Below, in pieces: positions 10,601 through 19,429 of a DNA stretch of 64,000 nt. How positions within the stretch are numbered: position 1 is the first letter of the stretch; each line of letters starts with the position of its first letter. The DNA comes from Bacteroidales bacterium (GTDB lineage: Bacteria > Bacteroidota > Bacteroidia > Bacteroidales > FEN-979), in NCBI GenBank assembly GCA_014860625.1, contig JACZJJ010000022.1:11887-75886 (forward strand), in the 5' to 3' direction. Below the pieces are notes generated by a model. It did no database searches, was not told the DNA's origin, and saw nothing but the letters and a program-made list of their open reading frames with translations. A program made the translations under genes and the position numbers.

Positions 10601-11724
10601 GGATAAGCTGCCTCCAGATCATTGCTCACACCAGCCATGATATTCAGCTGATTCCGCCGGTTATGTTCCAGATCTATTTTTACCGTAAGAAGTGGGGTAT
10701 AATCCGGATCTGGTTCAACGATATATACACAATTATTCCAAATACCTCCCTGCTCAAAGTTTGAGGCCATTGCATGGTAAAGCACATAAAAATAGCCTTC
10801 ATCTGACCACCAGCCACCATAAGAGTTGGCCAGCCTGAAGCCGCCGATCTCCCAGTCGCGTGCATCCAGAGTGCCATCGCTGTTGATGTCGATATCGTTG
10901 GTATATTGACCATCCTGGTTCAGGTCGTAACGGATCGAGTCGTGATAGCCCACAATCGTCATCCCGTGCGTTGGATATTGATTCCAATCGGTCATCACGT
11001 ATTTACCTGCTTCCGGTGTATTTTCAGGAAGGACAGCACCGTATCCGGATGGGCTGGAAGCTGTAAAACAAGCGATTCCTCCCGTAGAGGAGCCATCAAG
11101 GTGGTCAAAAAGATACTGCTTGACTGCTTGAATCCCTTCTGCCGAATTGACCGGGATAGCGTAAATATTTCGGATCCGGTTTTTCATGGCCCGGCAGTAC
11201 TTATCGTATCCAGTGATCCATCCGTATTCCAGCTGAGCGGTATCCGGACCATAATCGGCATTTGTCATATGCCCCTGTTCCATCATGGCATGAAAACTAT
11301 GCAGGAAGTTGACACCAACATACCGTTCTCCCTCATTGAAAAAATGCCACATATAATGTGGAGGATATTTGTTCTCCAGGCTTTTCCCGTCAACATTCCG
11401 CAAACGGTTCATCTCATAAGCAAAGGTGTATGCCGAACCGCAATATTGCTGGCAGGCATAGTATCCATCCTGATCGAGGATGCCAGGGAACCACATGTAT
11501 TGTGAATTGTCGAGCGAATCTGGAAGGTTCAGAGACAAGGCATCAGCAGGTACAGATAGTACCGGGAGGTGGGAGGCGACCACAGAATCGAAAGCCCTCT
11601 GACCGGGTTCAGGAGAGTAGAACTTCACCTGTCTGGGAATGTTTTGTGCGAAAATTGACGTGGCGATGAACATCAATAAACCGCTTGTCAAATAAACGTA
11701 ACGACTATGTGTAGAAAGAGGCAT
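7651..11724 (-). CDS. T9SS-secreted papain-like (C1) cysteine peptidase with Ig-like, PKD and C-terminal domains
   Basis: Signal peptide; DQDGYYAC, HGMTIVGY, LANSYG; PKD (WQWEFPGG); CTD IFPNPT...KKLVVY. Confidence 0.75.
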   Translation of the reverse strand: MPLSTHSRYVYLTSGLLMFIATSIFAQNIPRQVKFYSPEPGQRAFDSVVASHLPVLSVPADALSLNLPDSLDNSQYMWFPGILDQDGYYACQQYCGSAYTFAYEMNRLRNVDGKSLENKYPPHYMWHFFNEGERYVGVNFLHSFHAMMEQGHMTNADYGPDTAQLEYGWITGYDKYCRAMKNRIRNIYAIPVNSAEGIQAVKQYLFDHLDGSSTGGIACFTASSPSGYGAVLPENTPEAGKYVMTDWNQYPTHGMTIVGYHDSIRYDLNQDGQYTNDIDINSDGTLDARDWEIGGFRLANSYGGWWSDEGYFYVLYHAMASNFEQGGIWNNCVYIVEPDPDYTPLLTVKIDLEHNRRNQLNIMAGVSNDLEAAYPDNLLQSTIFSNQGGPLYMQGFDSVFEQSRLEFGIDVTPLLSYIEPGVPARFFLIIEERDPLNSGQGIIHEASFIHYGASTHIFPCNPTETTINHHGTTVLSATGIADCDLPVILNEELPPFTSSGNYSVQFQSQGGVSPYSWLLHQPYQKITENAEYNPFEGQQVTPQSSGKPYATVALPFEFPFFGNLFDTIYVNSYGMIHFTDEHIPYPYLCSATDMFGYISAIVPAFSWDFVIRLSDGDGIWMTSSPDSVRFRWQLSLLGHEQQTRVEFGATLFPNGEVSFCFGPAVLEPNSLIVWSGLSSGEKQNTLIHPIFDLDAEYGNSIKWVPPAKPLTVDLSPQGLLAISGADESTIYDLAVRVTDEQRMSTEKHFQLSSGLTIRQELVSNSGYLQHGEPASLNLEVTNISPDQLGEITLKFYCNEAELMITDSTVSTTTLAAGQSIELSDVFNFMVQSELPDQTSLPCRIVATSGWDSWEYRFFLDVSAIELKVSGMEVQDGVNALLDAGETADLAFTLTNLGSLPAEELSVTLSSEDEFFEILSSPTLPAGTLGKKAIYHAIFTVRSSRSTPPGHLTNLELLISNGSSIEIIHPCTLPMGGRPVALINLTSSTTSVALMTHLMDSLQVGYDQFSSIPENLTTYPVAFLILGTAYPGSYALSTTETNQLINYLNNGGNVYMESYASWYYGTAKMLEEMFRFSTQRVSVYYFNDMEGVDGTITEGMDYIYLGSSPYAIFEVIPKGDGFSLMNNMDNPPRCLEFGYAGPVYKTIGTFKEFGHLVNGEPPSRKSILFKRYLDFLEVNIDGPFPYFHADTTHICQWHSVQFIDDSFDNVTSWQWEFPGGVPETSEEKNPTVQYPVSGLYDVMLTISDGEHTQSMHKKKFIHVNICAGIEEDGMASEGIHIFPNPTSDKVYITMPQTMDGRGSIDLIDLRGSVVSSETFENLSRNNEYQVDVSKRTPGIYIVRVAAENVICIKKLVVY

Positions 11725-11757
11725 CTCGATTTGAATTTAAAAAGTATCTGTATATAT

Positions 11758-11784
11758 GACAAGGCGATCTGGTGAAAAGTTGCT
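11758..11784 (-). promoter_or_regulatory. Putative ECF-type promoter for the C1 protease gene
   Basis: GCAACTTTTCACCAGATCGCCTTGTC resembles GCAACCTTTTTACCAGAT upstream of the ECF gene at 44716. Confidence 0.4.
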
Positions 11785-11874
11785 TTAAATTGTTAACTAA
11801 ATATCCAACATAATTAACCGAACGAATTTACGTTTTTTTACTTTTGCCAATTATCCATATATCTAAAAGATCAG

Positions 11875-12729
11875 ATGTTTCGTCGATTCGTGCTCCTTAT
11901 TGCAACTGTATCGCTGATTTTGACAAATTATTCCTGTCATGAAGCAGATTCCCAGAGGGTGGCTGTCAATTGGTGGGATTCACTTCAAAAGGTGGAAGCT
12001 GATTCTCTGGCATTGGCACCGCTGGTACGGGAGCTGCAATATTTATTATCGAAAAACAGCATCGATCCCACAACTACCAGTTACCTGATCATTGACGATA
12101 CGGAGGATAATCCTGTGGTATTGGCTGAGTATCGCTCAAACCAGTTGCTGATCCCGGCTTCGGTCCAAAAAATTCTCGTTACAGCCGCCGCCCTGGAAAT
12201 ACTGGGAGACAAAGCGAAAAAAGATGTTTACAGGTGCAATCTTCAGAGTCACAACGGGCTGGCTAATAAGTTATTGAAGGATATAGGCAAGAAGGTGTAC
12301 GGTTCCCGCACCTATTCCAACGGCATCAGGGCTGTACTAAATTTCTGGGAAAAAAAAGGGGTGGACATGACCGGTGTTCAGATGGCCGACGGCAGTGGTC
12401 GACGGTATGATAATTTCCTGACCGCACGTCAGCTGGTTGATATCCTCTCTTACCAAACCACAGCACCGACTTTCGGAACTTTCTACAGCTCCCTTCCTCT
12501 GGCGGGCATCTCCGGCACATTGCGCAACACCCTTAAGGGAACCATCGCTGAGGGAAAGATACGGGCCAAAACGGGTACACTTGCTGCCGTTAAAACATTG
12601 ACGGGGTATGCATCTACCGTTTCCGGGCGTAAGCTCATTTTTGCTATCATTGTAAATAATTACACGTGCCGAAATTCGACATTAAAGAAATATATGGATC
12701 GTGTACTTGTTGAAATGATAAAGTTGTAA
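11875..12729 (+). CDS. dacB: Compact D-Ala-D-Ala carboxypeptidase/endopeptidase (S13, PBP4-like)
   Basis: PASVQK (SxxK), SHN (SxN), DGSG, AKTGTL; TACTTTTG at 11839-11846. Confidence 0.8.
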   Translation: MFRRFVLLIATVSLILTNYSCHEADSQRVAVNWWDSLQKVEADSLALAPLVRELQYLLSKNSIDPTTTSYLIIDDTEDNPVVLAEYRSNQLLIPASVQKILVTAAALEILGDKAKKDVYRCNLQSHNGLANKLLKDIGKKVYGSRTYSNGIRAVLNFWEKKGVDMTGVQMADGSGRRYDNFLTARQLVDILSYQTTAPTFGTFYSSLPLAGISGTLRNTLKGTIAEGKIRAKTGTLAAVKTLTGYASTVSGRKLIFAIIVNNYTCRNSTLKKYMDRVLVEMIKL

Positions 12730-12742
12730 GCCGAAAGAGGGA

Positions 12743-14536
12743 ATGATCATACCCGGAGTTATTGCTGTTGTGAAGATCTGGTTCAGGAGGCTTCCTGAAT
12801 GGATGATTGAAAAGCTGGGAGATAACACCTTCCTGATTCTTGCCAGTATCGTGGTAGGGATCATCTCCGCACTGGCAGCTGTTGTCCTCAAAATCTTTGT
12901 GCGTTTCATGCATGGAGTTCCCGACTACTTCCTGAAGATTAATCACACGCCGTTCCTTTACCTTCTTTTTCCGCTTGTAGGTATCCTGCTGACGGTTCTT
13001 TTTGTTCAGCTGTTTTTGAAGGGGAATCTGGAAAGAGGGTTGGGAAGTATCATTTTCTCTATCCTGAGGAAGTCATCCTATGTTGATCGCAGCAAAACAT
13101 ACACACCCATTATCACCAGCGGAATCACTGTTGGATTGGGTGGATCGGCCGGTTTGGAAGCGCCGATTGTAGCCAGTGCTTCAGCCATTGGTGCCAATAT
13201 CGCTCAGGCTCTGCGGCTGGGTTATAAAGAACGGACCCTGTTGCTTGCATGCGGAGCGGCATCCGGAATTGCTGCCATCTTCAACAGCCCCATTGCAGGC
13301 GTGATCTTCGCGGTAGAAGTGCTGCTGATTGATCTGTCGGTTCCCCTCTTTATCCCCCTGTTAATTTCAACAGCCACAGCAACCATTCTCTCCAAACTTC
13401 TTTACTCAGGACAACTCTTTTTCCTGATAACCACCGAATGGTTTTTACCGGCTTTGCCATACTATATCCTCCTGGGCATCCTTTGCGGTTTTGTGTCGGT
13501 CTATATGACACGAACAACACTTCAGATTGAAGGGTGGTTTGATGCCCGAAAACAAACATGGACCAAGGCTTTGCTGGGAGGACTGGCACTCAGCCTGATG
13601 ATTTTTCTTTTCCCGCCACTCTATGGTGAGGGATACACCACCATCACAAGTCTGTTAAATGGCAGCTACCAGGACATCGTTACTGAAAGTTTCCTTTTCT
13701 CCTGGGCCGAATCCCCCTGGGTACTGATTGCCTTTGGGGGAACCATCATCCTGATCAAAGTAATCGCCACATCGTTTACCCTGGGAGCAGGGGGAAATGG
13801 AGGAATTTTCGCCCCTTCACTGTTTACCGGGGCTATGACCGGCTTCACCCTTTCATTTGCCTTAAACACCCTTGGCATGACCCGGTTGCAGGTGTCTAAT
13901 TTTGTTGCAGTGGGTATGGCTGGTATCATGGCCGGAGTGGTTCATGCACCACTGACTGCCATCTTCCTCATCGCTGAAATTACAGGGGGATATATGCTTT
14001 TCGTGCCGCTGATGATCGTAGCGGCAATCTCCTTTTTTATCAGCAGGTACTTTGAACCCTATTCAATCTATACCAAGAACCTGACGAACAAAGGGTACCT
14101 GATGGCCGACAGCAAAGACAAGAATATCCTGAACCAACTTCGGCTTGATGATATGATCGAGACCGGATTCGTTGCGCTAAAGGCGCATGACAACCTTGGA
14201 ACATTGATCAATGCATTTACCGAGAGCCAGCGGAATATCTTTCCGGTTGTGGACGACAACAACCTTTTCATTGGCGTGGTCCATCTTGCCGAAGTCAAAA
14301 AGTTGATGTTCAGGACGGAACTGTACAATGAAGTGACCATTTTTGAACTCACCAACAAAGAGATCATGACACTTGATGTCACAGAAGATGTGGCATCGGC
14401 CCTGATGAAGTTTGAAAATTCAGATCTTTGGAATATACCGGTGGTAGATAAAGGGAAGTACATTGGTTTCATCTCCCGCTCAAATATGCTCTCCTATTAC
14501 AGAAAGATACTGAAGAAGTCGGCCACACTTTTTTGA
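12743..14536 (+). CDS. ClC chloride channel/transporter with CBS pair
   Basis: GGSAGLEAP, GIAAIFNSPIAG, GGIFAPSLF; C-terminal CBS domains. Confidence 0.92.
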   Translation: MIIPGVIAVVKIWFRRLPEWMIEKLGDNTFLILASIVVGIISALAAVVLKIFVRFMHGVPDYFLKINHTPFLYLLFPLVGILLTVLFVQLFLKGNLERGLGSIIFSILRKSSYVDRSKTYTPIITSGITVGLGGSAGLEAPIVASASAIGANIAQALRLGYKERTLLLACGAASGIAAIFNSPIAGVIFAVEVLLIDLSVPLFIPLLISTATATILSKLLYSGQLFFLITTEWFLPALPYYILLGILCGFVSVYMTRTTLQIEGWFDARKQTWTKALLGGLALSLMIFLFPPLYGEGYTTITSLLNGSYQDIVTESFLFSWAESPWVLIAFGGTIILIKVIATSFTLGAGGNGGIFAPSLFTGAMTGFTLSFALNTLGMTRLQVSNFVAVGMAGIMAGVVHAPLTAIFLIAEITGGYMLFVPLMIVAAISFFISRYFEPYSIYTKNLTNKGYLMADSKDKNILNQLRLDDMIETGFVALKAHDNLGTLINAFTESQRNIFPVVDDNNLFIGVVHLAEVKKLMFRTELYNEVTIFELTNKEIMTLDVTEDVASALMKFENSDLWNIPVVDKGKYIGFISRSNMLSYYRKILKKSATLF

Positions 14537-14750
14537 TTTCCGAATAATTCGATTTTCGAATTGATAAGATTCAGTGCTTAACCCTATATCTGTTTTTAGG
14601 TAGGACCAAATCCTACGATAAAAGAACCTTTGATGGGGAACATTGCGAGTTTGAACTCGAGTTCCGGATCAAGGAGTTGCGCGATCAGGTGAAGGAATTT
14701 AATTGATCAACAAGGAAGATATTCCGACAAACAGCATTTTTCACTATTTT

Positions 14751-14778
14751 GCTTCCCGCTTCCCGCTTCCCGCTTCCC
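14751..14778 (+). repeat. Heptamer array (GCTTCCC)x4
   Basis: Four perfect units just downstream of the ABC transporter stop. Confidence 0.9.
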
Positions 14779-14789
14779 GCTACCTTCCC

Positions 14790-16613
14790 CTATACAAACG
14801 TTTGCAAATCAAACAGCTTCCTGTATACGCCGTTTCGTGCGTGAAGCTCGGCGTGTGATCCCCGCTCTACCAGGTTGCCACTTTGAAGTACGATGATCTG
14901 GTGGGCATGCTGGATGGTGGAAAGACGGTGGGCAATCACGATAGAGGTACGATTCTTCATCAGGTTCTCAAGAGCCTGTTGCACCAGCCGTTCCGATTCG
15001 GTATCCAGCGCTGAAGTGGCTTCATCGAGGATGAGGATGGGCGGGTTTTTCAGGACGGCACGGGCAATGCTCAGACGCTGTCGCTGACCGCCTGAAAGTT
15101 TGATGCCACGGTCACCAATGTTGGTGTAATAGCCTTCCGGCATCCGGATGATAAATTCGTGGGCATTCGCTACTTTGGCTGCTGAGATGACCTCCTCCTC
15201 GCTGGTGTTCTCTTTCCCGAAGGCGATATTGTTGAACACGGTATCGTTGAACAGTATGGTCTCCTGAGATACAATCCCCATCAGCCCCCTCAGGTCGTCA
15301 ATGATCATATCGCGGATCGGGATCCCGTCGATGCGGAGTTCGCCATCTGCAATGTCGTAAAATCGGGGAAGCAGATCCACCAGGGTAGATTTGCCACCTC
15401 CGGAGGGGCCAACAACCGCGATTGTCTTTCCCTTTTCAATCACCAGGTTGATGTGGCTTAGCACCGGTTCGGCAACGTACCGGAAAGAGACATCCGCGTA
15501 TTCAATCCGGTCGGTAAACTCTTTCTTTGGAATTGCATTCACCTTCTCTTCAATGATCTCAGGCTCATCCAGCACCTGTTTGATCCTGTCCATCGAAGCA
15601 GCCCCTTTCTGAACATTGTAATAGGCTTGCGTGATTGATTTTGCAGGAGGAATTACCTGTGAGAAGATGGTGATGTAGACCAGAAACACGGCGGCATCCA
15701 GGCTATGTTCGGGAGCCATCACCAACCTTCCGCCATACCATAAGAGGATGGTCAATACCACAGCACTCAGGAATTCACTCAACGGAGAGGCGAGATCCCG
15801 TTTACGATAGAGCCTGACCATGATCCTGAAAAAGTGATTGTTCGTCTCTTTGAAGCGGTTATCCGCAAAGTTAATAGCGCTGAAGGCCTTGATGATCCGA
15901 AGGCCGGAGATGGTCTCCTCGATTACTGCAAGGAGTTCCCCCATCTTTTTTTGTCCTTTGGCGGAGGTACGTTTCAGGCTTTTTCCAATCCGTCCGATGA
16001 TTAACCCGCTAACCGGGAGGAGGATCATGACAAAAATAGTCAGTTGCGGACTGATCACAAACAGGGTTACAACAAAAACGATGATCTGGATCGGATCCCG
16101 GAAGATCATCTCCAGGGAGCTCATGATCGAAATTTCCACCTCCTGCACATCGGCCGTCATCCTGGAAATGATATCTCCTTTTCGTTGTTCGGAATAGTAA
16201 CCGAGTGGAAGGATCAGGATTTTCTTGTAGAGGTCGTCGCGGAGGTCTTTCACAACCCCGTTACGAACCACTGCCAGGAAAAACATTGCCAGGTAGCGGA
16301 AAAGGTTTCGGAAAAAGAAAAGCACAATGATAGCAACCCCGATATATACCAGCACCTCGTCTTCACCATAGTTCCGGATAAGCTGGCCGAAGAAATGGTA
16401 GAAGTTCTCCTTAAGTGAGTCCATGTTGGTCCAGATCAGCGGACCGGCTGTTTCAGGAATCTCAGCCGTTTTGAACAACATCTGGAGGATCGGGATAAAG
16501 AGTGCGAAGGAGACAAGCGAAAATAAAATAGAGAGGATATTGAACAACGCGTTCAGAGCTGCAAAGAGCCAGTAATTGCGAATGTAGTGGAAGATTTTAA
16601 TGAGGCTTTTCAT
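14790..16613 (-). CDS. MsbA-like ABC exporter (TMD plus NBD)
   Basis: GPSGGGKST, LSGGQRQR, LILDEATSALD; start reassigned to MKSLIKIF. Confidence 0.9.
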   Translation of the reverse strand: MKSLIKIFHYIRNYWLFAALNALFNILSILFSLVSFALFIPILQMLFKTAEIPETAGPLIWTNMDSLKENFYHFFGQLIRNYGEDEVLVYIGVAIIVLFFFRNLFRYLAMFFLAVVRNGVVKDLRDDLYKKILILPLGYYSEQRKGDIISRMTADVQEVEISIMSSLEMIFRDPIQIIVFVVTLFVISPQLTIFVMILLPVSGLIIGRIGKSLKRTSAKGQKKMGELLAVIEETISGLRIIKAFSAINFADNRFKETNNHFFRIMVRLYRKRDLASPLSEFLSAVVLTILLWYGGRLVMAPEHSLDAAVFLVYITIFSQVIPPAKSITQAYYNVQKGAASMDRIKQVLDEPEIIEEKVNAIPKKEFTDRIEYADVSFRYVAEPVLSHINLVIEKGKTIAVVGPSGGGKSTLVDLLPRFYDIADGELRIDGIPIRDMIIDDLRGLMGIVSQETILFNDTVFNNIAFGKENTSEEEVISAAKVANAHEFIIRMPEGYYTNIGDRGIKLSGGQRQRLSIARAVLKNPPILILDEATSALDTESERLVQQALENLMKNRTSIVIAHRLSTIQHAHQIIVLQSGNLVERGSHAELHARNGVYRKLFDLQTFV

Positions 16614-16616
16614 TGT

Positions 16617-16668
16617 CGCAAAGTTAGAATAATTGATGGATAACTCAGTAACATAACGTAACTTTGCG
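16617..16668. promoter_or_regulatory. Divergent pair of TAACTTTG -7 elements (ABC exporter and rbfA)
   Basis: TAACTTTGCG on both strands, each ending 4-5 nt before an ATG. Confidence 0.65.
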
Positions 16669-16670
16669 AG

Positions 16671-17024
16671 ATGGAATCTACGCGTCAGCAAAAAATCTCC
16701 AGACTCATTCAAAAAGACCTTGGAATCCTTTTTCAGCAACTCGGAAAGGATTTGTTCGAAGGTGCCATGATTACGGTCACCAAAGTCTATGTCTCCAAGG
16801 ACCTCTCTGTAGCCAAAGTTTTTCTGAGCCTCTTCGCTACGAAAGACAAAGTGGCTCTGATGGAGAAAATTCACCATCACGTCAGGGAGATGCGCCACCT
16901 CCTGGCACAACGAACCAAGCATCAGCTGCGGGTGGTGCCCGAACTGCACTTTCTGGAAGATGATTCCCTGGATTATATTGAAAACATTGATAACCTATTG
17001 CACGACCCTCATGATAAACCCTGA
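16671..17024 (+). CDS. rbfA: Ribosome-binding factor A
   Basis: MESTRQQKISRLIQKDL, SKDLSVAKVFLS, LRVVPELHFLEDDSLDY. Confidence 0.95.
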   Translation: MESTRQQKISRLIQKDLGILFQQLGKDLFEGAMITVTKVYVSKDLSVAKVFLSLFATKDKVALMEKIHHHVREMRHLLAQRTKHQLRVVPELHFLEDDSLDYIENIDNLLHDPHDKP

Positions 17025-17025
17025 T

Positions 17026-17078
17026 GTAGAGACGGGGCATGCAATTCCCTGTACAGACGGGGCATGCCCCGTCTCTAC
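17026..17078. repeat. GTAG-type REP-like palindrome (one and a half copies)
   Basis: GTAGAGACGGGGCATGC...GTACAGACGGGGCATGCCCCGTCTCTAC. Confidence 0.8.
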
Positions 17079-17099
17079 GGGATTAAACGACAAACGTAA

Positions 17100-17978
17100 A
17101 TGCAATACGATCCCATAAAACGCTCCCTCGGCTCAATTTTCAACAGAACACCATGGCTGCGGATCCTCTTTTACCACTTGCTTGATCTTCTGCTGCTGCG
17201 CACATGGCATGTGAAAAAGGCACTGAGACAGTGGGGAAAGAAACAGGAAAAAGGCTCAGGGCACAGAGCTCAGGGCACAGAAACATCCAGTCATCCAGCA
17301 ACCAGCGACCAGCAACAAGCCTCCCGGATCCTCGACGCCGGCTCCGGCTTTGGACAATACAGTTACTTCCTCTCACGCATGAGCCGTAGCCTGATGGTTG
17401 ATGCCGTGGATGTGAAGGAAGAGCAGATCGCCGACTGCAACCGGTTTTTTACATCCATCGGAAGATCCAATGTGCATTTCAGCGTTGCTGACCTGACAAC
17501 ATTCTCTAAACCAGCGACCTATGAACTGATCCTCTCCGTGGATGTGATGGAACACATTCTTGAAGATGAAGCCGTGTTCAGAAATTTTCACGCATCCCTG
17601 AAACCGGGAGGCATGGTGTTGATATCGACTCCTTCCGACCAGGGCGGGTCTGACGTGCACGATCATGATGAAGAGGAGTCGTTTATTGATGAACATGTAA
17701 GGGATGGATACAACATACAAGAGATTCAGGAAAAACTGAAACGCGCCGGGTTCGGGAAGACCGAAGCGCACTTCACTTACGGAAAGCCGGGTCAAACTGG
17801 CTGGAGACTCTCGATGAAGTATCCAATCAAGATGCTCAATGCCAGTAAACTCTTTTTCATCCTATTGCCGTTCTATTACCTGCTTACATTTCCATTTGCC
17901 CTGCTGTTCAATGCGTTTGATTTGTGGGGAAAGCATAAAACCGGGACAGGCCTGATTGTCAAAGCCTGGAAAGAGTGA
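17100..17978 (+). CDS. Class I SAM-dependent methyltransferase with repeat-derived insert
   Basis: ILDAGSGFG, DVMEHI, LKPGG. Confidence 0.88.
   Translation: MQYDPIKRSLGSIFNRTPWLRILFYHLLDLLLLRTWHVKKALRQWGKKQEKGSGHRAQGTETSSHPATSDQQQASRILDAGSGFGQYSYFLSRMSRSLMVDAVDVKEEQIADCNRFFTSIGRSNVHFSVADLTTFSKPATYELILSVDVMEHILEDEAVFRNFHASLKPGGMVLISTPSDQGGSDVHDHDEEESFIDEHVRDGYNIQEIQEKLKRAGFGKTEAHFTYGKPGQTGWRLSMKYPIKMLNASKLFFILLPFYYLLTFPFALLFNAFDLWGKHKTGTGLIVKAWKE
17253..17324 (+). repeat. In-frame composite array (GGCACAG-type, AGTCATCC-type, AGCAACC-type)
   Basis: Encodes GSGHRAQGTETSSHPATSDQQQAS immediately before SAM motif I. Confidence 0.85.
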
Positions 17979-18081
17979 GATAGTGAGCTCGTGAAATGGT
18001 GAACCGGAGCGAAGCGAAGCTCGGCGGAGCCAAATGGTGAAAGTCTGGATTTTATTTCGTATTTCGTAATTCGTAATTCTT
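17975..18081 (+). repeat. Octamer array with nested 28-bp element, then heptamer array (AwTTCGT)
   Basis: GTGAGATA GTGAGCTC GTGAAATG GTGAA[CCGGAGCGAAGCGAAGCTCGGCGGAGCC]AAATG GTGAA; ATTTCGT x2 AATTCGT AATTCTT. Confidence 0.85.
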
Positions 18082-18083
18082 AA

Positions 18084-19319
18084 TTGAATATTTCCTTCTA
18101 CATAGCCCGTCGTTACTTCAAATCCAAGAAGTCGCACAATGTCATCAATATCATTTCAATGATATCGGTAGCCGGGGTTACCATCGGTACCATGGCGCTG
18201 ATCGTAGTTCTGTCGGTATTTAATGGGTTTGAACAACTGGTGGTCTCACTCTTCAACTCCTTCAATCCCGACCTTGTTATTACCCTGCGGGAAGGCAAGA
18301 ATTTTCCCGCAACAGATATCCCTCAAAACCTTCTGAGAGAGATGCCGGGAGTTCTCAACCTGACTGAGGTGCTCGAAGAGAACGCACTGATGAAATACAA
18401 GGACAAACAGGCAATCGTTACCCTGAAAGGGGTGGGGGAGGAGTACCAGCGGATGACAGGCGTGGATACCATGATGGCCGAAGGGAGGTTCCTGCTTCAG
18501 AGCGGGGATTACAACTTTACTGTACTGGGCTATGGCGTGGCCTATTACCTGAATGCCAGTTTGCAAGACTATATCAACCCCATCACCATTTTTATCCCGT
18601 CCCGCACCCGGAAGATCGGAGGATCCCTGGATCAGGCATTTAACCAGGAGATTATCTTCCCCACCGGATATTTCTCTATTCAACAGGAGTTTGATGTAAA
18701 ATATGCCCTGATGCCGATCCGCTTTGTCAGGAAACTGCTCGACTATACCAACGATGTCACTGCCATCGAGATCCAACTGGCTGACGGGGCTGACAAGCGC
18801 AGGATTCAGCAACAGATCGAAGTAGCTGTAGGTGACAGATTCAGGGTGAAAAACAGGTTTCAGCAGCAGGAACTGTTGTATAACATCATGAAATCGGAGA
18901 AATATGCCATCTTCCTGATCCTGACCTTTATCCTTCTGCTGGCAACCTTCAATGTGGTGGGCTCTCTCTCCATGCTGATCCTCGATAAAAAGAAAGACAT
19001 AGCGGTACTTCAAAGCATGGGTGCTACCATGAAGCTGATCAAACGCATCTTTTTGACAGAGGGGTTGATGATCTCAGGTATCGGCGCTCTTTCCGGAATG
19101 TTCCTGGGTGGCGTTCTCTGCTGGATCCAGCAAACATTCGGGCTCATCCGGATGGGCGGCCCCAACAGCACGTTTGTGGTGGACAGCTACCCCATTCAGA
19201 TGCAACCACTTGACTTCCTGCTTGTCTTTATTACAGTGATGCTGATCGGATACCTGGCGTCATGGTATCCTGTCTATAATATCCGGAAAATCAACACCAC
19301 GCTGGTCAAGCTCGATTGA
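18084..19319 (+). CDS. LolC/E (FtsX-like) lipoprotein-releasing ABC permease
   Basis: FYIARRYFKSKKS, VLSVFNGFE, KKKDIAVLQSMGA; TTG start. Confidence 0.88.
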   Translation: MNISFYIARRYFKSKKSHNVINIISMISVAGVTIGTMALIVVLSVFNGFEQLVVSLFNSFNPDLVITLREGKNFPATDIPQNLLREMPGVLNLTEVLEENALMKYKDKQAIVTLKGVGEEYQRMTGVDTMMAEGRFLLQSGDYNFTVLGYGVAYYLNASLQDYINPITIFIPSRTRKIGGSLDQAFNQEIIFPTGYFSIQQEFDVKYALMPIRFVRKLLDYTNDVTAIEIQLADGADKRRIQQQIEVAVGDRFRVKNRFQQQELLYNIMKSEKYAIFLILTFILLLATFNVVGSLSMLILDKKKDIAVLQSMGATMKLIKRIFLTEGLMISGIGALSGMFLGGVLCWIQQTFGLIRMGGPNSTFVVDSYPIQMQPLDFLLVFITVMLIGYLASWYPVYNIRKINTTLVKLD

Positions 19320-19429
19320 CCACATACCATGCGAACCTCTTTCCGTTGATAAATGTTTGGCAATAAGACCGATTAATGACTTGATTTTATTAAATTTGTC
19401 CGTTGTAAAAACTCACAAAACCTAACAGT

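Noticed and set aside
14540-14706. Short open frame (...GRTKSYDKRTFDGEHCEFELEFRIKELRDQVKEFN)
   Set aside because: No clear start and no recognisable family; may be a remnant but unsupported.
16614-16949. 112-aa N-terminal extension of the ABC exporter
   Set aside because: Antisense to rbfA; the promoter element supports a start at 16613.
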